The notes under the pieces are model-generated. The model was not told the DNA's origin. It ran no database searches and saw nothing but the letters and a program-made list of their open reading frames with translations. The translations under genes were made by a program, and so were the position numbers. Shown one piece after another: positions 58,163 through 64,000 of a DNA stretch of 64,000 nucleotides. The stretch covers positions 480,001 through 544,000 of the forward strand of contig OY761614.1 in assembly GCA_963664825.1 (NCBI GenBank). Reading direction: 5' to 3'. This DNA comes from an uncultured Holophaga sp. (lineage in GTDB: Bacteria > Acidobacteriota > Holophagae > Holophagales > Holophagaceae). The stretch's first letter is position 1; the number at the start of each line of letters is the position of its first letter.

Positions 58163-59101
58163 CTATCCCTGGATCCCCTCGATCCAGTGACTGAGGGTCT
58201 CCAGGCGGGCAGGCGAGACCTCCCGGTCCGGCACGCGCTCCCAGGAAAAGGCGGCAACCAGATCCCCTGCCGTGCAGGCTTCGGCCCGGTCCAGGCAGCC
58301 CAGGGAATAGCCCAACCAACCCAGGATCTCCGGGATGCCGATGCCCTTGGCGGCGAGTTCCTCGAGGCCCAGGGCGCCCTCCCGCTTGCCGAGGCGGACG
58401 CCCCCCCTGGAGGCCACCAGGGCCACATGGGCGTAAGCGGGCCGTGGCAGACCGAGGGCCTCCTGGAGCCGGATCTGGGAGGCCGTCACGCCGCGCAGAT
58501 CGACACCGCGCACCACTTCCGTGACCCCTTGGGCGCCATCGTCGACCACCACCGCCAGATGGTAGGCGAAACAGCCATCCCGGCGATGGAGGAGGGGATC
58601 CCCCGTGAGGCCCGTGGGATCGTCCCTCTGGAGGCCTAGCGTGAGATCGGTCCAGGTCACCTCGCCCCCCGGCAGACGGAAGCGCAGGGCGTCCGGGCGC
58701 AGACTCTCGAGATGGCTCTGGCGGCAGGTGCCCGGATAGGGGCGCAGGCCATCTTCGGCATGAGGCGCCGAGGCCAGCAGGGCCAGATCCTTGCGCGAAC
58801 AGGCGCAGGCGTAAAGGAGGTCCGCAGCATGGAGACGCTCCAGGGCGGCTTGGTAGGCCTGGCTCCGCTCGGATTGCCTGAATACGGGCCCATCGCTCTC
58901 CAGGCCGAGAGCCGCCAGATCCCGCAGCTGGCGCTCGGCGAATTCCGGTCGGGAGCGCCCGCGATCCACATCCTCGATCCGGAGGATCCACTGCCCGCCC
59001 CGGGATTTCACGGAAAGCCAGGAGGCCAGGGCCGTGCGGAGGTTGCCGAGGTGCAGCACACCCGTAGGGGAAGGCGCAAAACGACCCAGGAGCTCACCCA
59101 T
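58163..59101 (-). CDS. gluQ: Glutamyl-Q tRNA(Asp) synthetase
   Basis: GRFAPSPTGVLHLGN, LRIEDVD, YACACSR, YPGTCR, YHLAVVVDD; no anticodon-binding domain. Confidence 0.92.
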   Translation of the reverse strand: MGELLGRFAPSPTGVLHLGNLRTALASWLSVKSRGGQWILRIEDVDRGRSRPEFAERQLRDLAALGLESDGPVFRQSERSQAYQAALERLHAADLLYACACSRKDLALLASAPHAEDGLRPYPGTCRQSHLESLRPDALRFRLPGGEVTWTDLTLGLQRDDPTGLTGDPLLHRRDGCFAYHLAVVVDDGAQGVTEVVRGVDLRGVTASQIRLQEALGLPRPAYAHVALVASRGGVRLGKREGALGLEELAAKGIGIPEILGWLGYSLGCLDRAEACTAGDLVAAFSWERVPDREVSPARLETLSHWIEGIQG

Positions 59102-59149
59102 CCAGCCTCCGATCCAGACTCTTGAGTCTGCCATGCTAAAAAGGAAGCC

Positions 59150-59962
59150 ATGGCTTCCCCTTTCAGGCCCCCCTGGCAAAACAGCCCTCCCGTGCTGCGG
59201 GCCCTGGCCGCCCAGGCCCTGGCCTTCCTGCTGCTCCTGCTCATCGCGCACCTCCTGCCTCGCATGCCCTTCTGGATCTGGCCCACCCTCCAGGGCGTCT
59301 TCGCCATGGCCCTGGCGACCTGGTGGGGCCTGGGCAGCGGCTGGCGGCTCTTCCAGTTTCTGCTGCCCTTCGCCCTGGCCTGGCAGCTCGGGCATCAGGT
59401 GCCCGGATGGATCTATCCCTCCCTGCTGGCCGGGCTCCTGCTGGTCTTCGGCGGAGGCATCCTGACGCGAGTGCCCCTCTACAATTCGGGCCCCGGGGCC
59501 TGGGAGCATCTGCTGGCCCTGATCCCAGAAGGGGAGAACCTCCGCATGGCCGACCTGGGCGCCGGACTGGGAGGCCCCCTGGCCTTCCTGGCCCGCCGCC
59601 GCCCCCGGGCCACCTTCCTCGGGGTGGAGGCCTCCCTCCTGGTCTGGTTCATCGCCTGGATCAGGACGCTTCCCCTCCGCCGAAACTGTGGGATTCGCCT
59701 GGGCAGCCTGTGGGGATTGGAGCTGCGGGAATTCGATCTCGTGTTCGCCTTCCTCTCCCCGGCCCCCATGACCAAGCTCTGGGAGAAGGCCCTCTGGGAG
59801 ATGCGGCCCGGGACCCTGCTGGTCAGCCATAGCTTCGAAGTGCCCGGCGCCGTGGCCGAAGGTCGGATCGCCCTCCCGGGGCGGCCCGGCGCCTGCCTGC
59901 TCCTATATAGAATTCCTGAAATAGCCCAGGAATGCGGGAATCCCCCGCCGGAATTGGTCTAA
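59150..59962 (+). CDS. Membrane-anchored class I SAM-dependent methyltransferase
   Basis: N-terminal TM helices; RVPLYNS, DLGAGLG, FAFLSPAPM, EMRPGTLLVS. Confidence 0.85.
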   Translation: MASPFRPPWQNSPPVLRALAAQALAFLLLLLIAHLLPRMPFWIWPTLQGVFAMALATWWGLGSGWRLFQFLLPFALAWQLGHQVPGWIYPSLLAGLLLVFGGGILTRVPLYNSGPGAWEHLLALIPEGENLRMADLGAGLGGPLAFLARRRPRATFLGVEASLLVWFIAWIRTLPLRRNCGIRLGSLWGLELREFDLVFAFLSPAPMTKLWEKALWEMRPGTLLVSHSFEVPGAVAEGRIALPGRPGACLLLYRIPEIAQECGNPPPELV

Positions 59963-59964
59963 AG

Positions 59965-59991
59965 TTAAGCCAGCCCGGGAGCGGCCGAAGA
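59965..59991 (+). promoter_or_regulatory. Putative sigma28 (FliA) promoter of motAB
   Basis: TTAA-N15-GCCGAAGA, ending 19 nt upstream of motA ATG. Confidence 0.5.
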
Positions 59992-60010
59992 CCTAAGGGG
60001 AGACTCACGC

Positions 60011-60877
60011 ATGTTTTTTATCATCGGGATCATCGTCGTCATCGGATCCGTGCTCTCGGGATACCTGATGGAGCACGGCAAGATCGCGACGCTCCTGGAG
60101 CCGCTGGTGCCCGAAGGCATCATTCTCTTGGGAGCCGCCCTCGGTTCCTTCCTGGCCGCCAATCCCCCCGCCGTCATCAAGGCCGTGGCCGCCAGCATCA
60201 TGAAGCCCCTGAAGGGCAGCAAATACACCAAGCCCGTGTATATGGAAGCGTTGATGATGCAGTACGAGGTCTACGTCAACATCAAGAAGGGGGGCCTCCT
60301 GGCCCTGGAACAGGATGTCAACGACCCCCACAGTTCCAATATCTTCAAGAAATACCATTCCATGCTCCAGGATCATCACGCCCTGGACTTCTTCTGCGAT
60401 TCCATGAAGCTACTCATCAACGGCAGCGCCAAGATCGACGAGATCGACCAGGTCATGGAGATGGACCTGGATGTGCACCACGCCGAGAGCGCCATTCCGG
60501 GCACCTCCGTGAACACGGTCGCGGATAGCCTGCCGGCCTTCGGTATCTGCGCCTGCGTCATGGGCATCGTCGTCACCATGGGCTTCCTGGATCAGCCCCC
60601 CAATATCATCGGCGCCCACGTGGCCTCGGCCCTGGTGGGCACCTTCCTGGGCATCTTCCTGGGCTACGGCATCTTCGCGCCCCTGGCCAAGAACATCGAC
60701 CAGGTGAACGCCACGGAATCCCACTTCTTCAGCATGCTCCGGGCGGGCCTGGTCTCCTTCGGCAATGGCGCCGCCCCCGTGACGGCGGTGGAATTCGCCC
60801 GACGCAATATCCCCTTCTCCGAGCGCCCTGGGTCCCAGGAGCTGGAGGAAGTGGTGCGTCAGATCAAGCCGAGGTGA
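60011..60877 (+). CDS. motA: Flagellar stator protein MotA
   Basis: KKGGLLALE, LPAFGICACVMGIV, ALVGTFLGI, AVEFARR. Confidence 0.96.
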   Translation: MFFIIGIIVVIGSVLSGYLMEHGKIATLLEPLVPEGIILLGAALGSFLAANPPAVIKAVAASIMKPLKGSKYTKPVYMEALMMQYEVYVNIKKGGLLALEQDVNDPHSSNIFKKYHSMLQDHHALDFFCDSMKLLINGSAKIDEIDQVMEMDLDVHHAESAIPGTSVNTVADSLPAFGICACVMGIVVTMGFLDQPPNIIGAHVASALVGTFLGIFLGYGIFAPLAKNIDQVNATESHFFSMLRAGLVSFGNGAAPVTAVEFARRNIPFSERPGSQELEEVVRQIKPR

Positions 60878-60950
60878 CGGGATGCCCACAATGAAGCCGG
60901 ACCAAGCCCCTTCCTCGCACCTCGAAATCGCCGCAGGCGATTGTCGAGTG

Positions 60951-60980
60951 GAAGTGGTGCGCCAGATCAAGCCCAGGTAG
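60951..60980 (+). repeat. Diverged duplicate of the last 10 codons of motA
   Basis: GAAGTGGTGCGCCAGATCAAGCCCAGGTAG versus 60848-60877 GAAGTGGTGCGTCAGATCAAGCCGAGGTGA; both encode EVVRQIKPR*. Confidence 0.93.
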
Positions 60981-60989
60981 CGAGCAGGC

Positions 60990-61856
60990 ATGGCCGAGCA
61001 ACAACCCGAAATCAAGATCGTCATCAAGAAGAAGGTCGTGGGCCACGGAGGTGGCCACAGCGGCGGGGCCTGGAAGGTGGCCTATGCGGATCTGGTGACG
61101 GCCATGATGGCCTTCTTCCTCCTGATGTGGCTGCTCGCAAGTGCCAGCTCATCCACCAAGGCCGCCATCAGCAAGCATTTCCAGGAAGGACCTGGATACT
61201 GGGACACGGCCGCGGGCAAGGAGATGATCGAGTCCTACAACAAGGGCATCCTGCCCGGGGGCCGCGGCATGTCCCCCAATCCGGGAGATGGTGGCACCGA
61301 ATCGGATGCTCCGGCCCTCGAGAAGGAACACAAGGCCATGGAGGCCACCGCCCAGGCCATCGAGAAGGCCTTCCAGGAAGACAAGCTGCTTCAGGCCTTC
61401 AAAGACCAGCTCTCCATGGATTTCACCGATGAGGGCCTGCGCATCCAGGTCCAGGACAAAGCCGCCCAGGTGCTCTTCGATTCCGGGAGCGCCCAGCTCA
61501 AGCCCTACACCCTGTCCATCCTCAAGGAGATCGCCCAGGAACTGGGCAAGCTGCCCAACCACGTGGTCATCGGGGGCCATACGGATGCCCAGCAGTACAC
61601 CTCCCGGGCCTACACGAACTGGGAGCTGAGTTCCGAACGCGCCAATGCCGCCCGCCGCGTGCTGGAGGCCTCGGGCCTGCGCTCCAACCAGGTCCGCCGC
61701 ACCACCGGCTACGCCGATACCCTGCCCCTCGAGGGCCACGAGGCCAAGGACCCCCAGAACCGCCGCATCTCCATCGTGGTGCTCTCCAGCGCCACAGAAG
61801 AGGCCGAAGTCAGGCGCCAGAAATCCAAGGGCGACTCCAAGAGTGCGAAGCCCTGA
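60990..61856 (+). CDS. motB: Flagellar stator protein MotB
   Basis: GGAWKVAYADLVTAMMAFFLLMWL; OmpA-like GHTD, NWELSSERA, NRRISIV. Confidence 0.97.
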   Translation: MAEQQPEIKIVIKKKVVGHGGGHSGGAWKVAYADLVTAMMAFFLLMWLLASASSSTKAAISKHFQEGPGYWDTAAGKEMIESYNKGILPGGRGMSPNPGDGGTESDAPALEKEHKAMEATAQAIEKAFQEDKLLQAFKDQLSMDFTDEGLRIQVQDKAAQVLFDSGSAQLKPYTLSILKEIAQELGKLPNHVVIGGHTDAQQYTSRAYTNWELSSERANAARRVLEASGLRSNQVRRTTGYADTLPLEGHEAKDPQNRRISIVVLSSATEEAEVRRQKSKGDSKSAKP

Positions 61857-62231
61857 AGACCAGGGGGCTACTGGCTACGCCGGTTGAGCGATGCCCTGGA
61901 GCCGCGTCATCAGCAGCGGCAAACGGGCCTGGCTCCCGGGGTCGGAGGGCAGATTCGCATTTCGCGAAACGCGAAGGCCCCACAAAATGAGACCGACACC
62001 CTGTTGAGAAATGTTGAGATATTCCCTGCCGTCCCCGAACGGTTCCTCAAGGCTTCCCCTCCGTCTTGCCACAGGTTCTCCCTGGGTCAGAGCGTCGGAT
62101 CACTTTGGCAATCAGTGACGGGCGCCTGTCGGAACCGTGCCCTCATGCCATTAGGTTGCCACCATGAGTGGCGAGGCTCAAAGGCGCTGTAAAGCTCGAC
62201 CCAAGCTCGATCTCGGCGGTATTGTGTTCTC

Positions 62232-64000
62232 ATGTCCCCTGCGCTCGATTCCTTCTTCCAGACCTGGCGAGGCTCCGCCGGAAACGAGCGGGCCAACTTC
62301 CAGTCCTTCATCCGCGAGTTCTGCGAGGTCCTCGACCTGCCCGTGCCTGAGCCCAAGGGGCCAGGGGCCACCTATTGTTTCGAGAAAGACCTGAAGCTCA
62401 CCCACCTGGATGGCAGCATCAGCACGGGCTCCATTGACCTCTATCGGGCAGGCTGTTTTGTCCTCGAAGCCAAGCAGGGAAGCACTCGGGAAGCGCCCAG
62501 TTCTTCGGCGGTGCGGGGCACCCGTGGGCACGACCGCTACATGGAGGCCGCCTTCGGGCAGGCCGTGAATTACGCCCGCAACCTGCCGGGAGGGCGCCCG
62601 CCCTTCGTCATAACCTGCGACGTTGGCTACGCCTTTCATGTGTGGGAGGGCTTTTCGGGCACCTATGGCGGCTATGGTGCTAGGCGCACCTTCAGCCTGG
62701 AAGATCTGGCGAAGCCCGACGTTCAGGAATATTTTCGGGCACTCTGGCTGGATCCTCAGAGCCAGGATCCGGCTCGGAAGCGCACCGCCGTCACCCGTGA
62801 TGTGGCTCGAGCCCTGGGCGAACTCGCCGCCAGCCTGGAAGGGCGCTTTCCGAGTGAGGCCGTGGCGCGCTTCCTCATGCGGGTGGTCTTCACCTTCTTC
62901 GCCGAGGATGTGGGACTCCTGCCGGAAAAGCTCTTCGAGAGCGCCCTGAAGGGGCCCTGGAAGGATCATCCCGAGGCCTTCCCCAAGGGGCTGGAGGCCC
63001 TGTGGGACGCCATGAACACGGGCGGCATGTGGGGCCCTCTGAAGGTCCTTCGCTTTAATGGCGGCCTCTTCCAGGAGAGCCTCGCCCTGACCCTCAATGC
63101 CGCCGAGATCGCCCAGCTCGGCGCCGCCGCGGCCTTCGATTGGTCCGAGGTGGATCCCAGCATCTTCGGCACCCTCCTGGAGAGCGCCCTGGATCCTTCC
63201 GAGCGCCATCGCCTGGGGGCCCACTACACGCCCCGCGCCTATGTGGAGCGCCTCCTGCGCCCCGCCCTGGAGGAGCCCCTGCGGAAGGATTGGGAGCTGG
63301 CCCAGGCGGAAGCCATGGCGGTCCTCGGGGACGAGCCCAAGGAGGCGGACAAGGCGAAGGCCCGGGATGTGCTGCACGCCTTCCAGCGCCATCTGGCCCA
63401 GGTCAGCGTCCTGGATCCGGCCTGTGGAAGCGGGAACTTCCTGGCGGCCTCCTACGACATCCTCAAGCGCATGGAGGGGGAGATACAGCGGCGCCTGGTG
63501 GATCTAGGAGAGACGGGCCGCGCCCTGGCCCTGGAGGGCGTGCTGGTGACACCCGCCCAGTTCCAGGGCCTGGAGGTGAAGCCCTGGGCCGCGGCCATCG
63601 CCGATCTCGTGCTCTGGATCAGCCATCTCCAGTGGTTCCACCGTCAGCACCCCGGCCAGCCCGCGCCCGAGCCTGTGCTCCAGGCCTATGGCAACATCCA
63701 TCGCCAGGACGCCGTCCTCACCTGGAAGGGCACCCGCGAAACGGGCCGCAGCCGCTGGGACGGCCACACCTTCAAGACGCACCCCGTCACGGGCAAGCCG
63801 GTGCCCGATGAGACGGCCCAGACGCCGATCCTCGAATACCTGGAGCCAAAGCCCGCAAAGTGGCCCGAGGCGGATTTCATCGTGGGCAATCCGCCCTTCC
63901 TGGGGAACAAACGGATGCGGGACGCCCTTGGCGACGGCTACTCAGAGGCCCTGCGGAAGACCTATCCCGACGTGCCCGATAGCGTGGACTTCGTCCTCTA
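62232..64000 (+). CDS. MmeI/YeeA-like type IIL(IIG) restriction-modification enzyme, partial (runs off the right edge)
   Basis: Own translation from ATG 62232: GNERANFQSF, GSIDLYRAGCFVLEAKQG (PD-(D/E)xK), FLMRVVFTFFAEDVGLLP, FNGGLF, GAHYTP, VLDPACGSGNFL, FIVGNPPFLG (N6-adenine MTase). Not listed in the ORF track. Confidence 0.93.
   Translation, partial: MSPALDSFFQTWRGSAGNERANFQSFIREFCEVLDLPVPEPKGPGATYCFEKDLKLTHLDGSISTGSIDLYRAGCFVLEAKQGSTREAPSSSAVRGTRGHDRYMEAAFGQAVNYARNLPGGRPPFVITCDVGYAFHVWEGFSGTYGGYGARRTFSLEDLAKPDVQEYFRALWLDPQSQDPARKRTAVTRDVARALGELAASLEGRFPSEAVARFLMRVVFTFFAEDVGLLPEKLFESALKGPWKDHPEAFPKGLEALWDAMNTGGMWGPLKVLRFNGGLFQESLALTLNAAEIAQLGAAAAFDWSEVDPSIFGTLLESALDPSERHRLGAHYTPRAYVERLLRPALEEPLRKDWELAQAEAMAVLGDEPKEADKAKARDVLHAFQRHLAQVSVLDPACGSGNFLAASYDILKRMEGEIQRRLVDLGETGRALALEGVLVTPAQFQGLEVKPWAAAIADLVLWISHLQWFHRQHPGQPAPEPVLQAYGNIHRQDAVLTWKGTRETGRSRWDGHTFKTHPVTGKPVPDETAQTPILEYLEPKPAKWPEADFIVGNPPFLGNKRMRDALGDGYSEALRKTYPDVPDSVDFVL

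Noticed and set aside
62178..63392. 404-aa minus-strand ORF
   Set aside because: Antisense shadow of the MmeI-like gene on the + strand.
1..64000. CRISPR array, tRNA/rRNA, integron attC array, IS transposase
   Set aside because: No regularly spaced repeats, tRNA cloverleaf with T-loop, rRNA-like stretch or transposase/integrase ORF was found by eye.

Overview
GC-rich (roughly 65% by eye) bacterial chromosome segment from a Gram-negative, flagellated, probably anaerobic or facultative organism. Gene style suggests Acidobacteriota/Holophagaceae, which is inference only. Contents in order: (1) small housekeeping and stress genes (TspO, thioesterase, pyrimidine-dimer glycosylase, B12 radical SAM). 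(2) An ~18.5 kb glycerolipid-scavenging island at 4.6-23 kb: FadL-like porin and metallophosphoesterase lipoprotein; lipase, glpK, GlpA-like trio, YtfJ, ALDH3-type dehydrogenase; DUF2804; GntR, glpD, FGGY kinase, alkyl-DHAP-synthase-like oxidoreductase. Together these look like an ether/acyl-glycerol degradation pathway. (3) Envelope genes (lgt, rluD, lpxD). (4) A cheR-HDOD-HDOD-cheB-fliK module. (5) A two-subunit fused 2-oxoacid:ferredoxin oxidoreductase with an unexplained leader terminator. (6) metK, a GT4/GH130 pair, pepC, trxB, dsbD. (7) A response regulator-TonB receptor-TlpA-histidine kinase locus. (8) gluQ and motAB. (9) The 5' part of an MmeI-like restriction-modification gene that is absent from the ORF track. 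The most striking non-genic signal is that the 3' ends of metK and motA are each duplicated as synonymously diverged copies, separated by ~70-100 bp hairpin-rich inserts. Two single-base frameshifts (lpxD and the AGPS-like gene) are probably assembly errors. No tRNA, rRNA, CRISPR array or transposase was seen.
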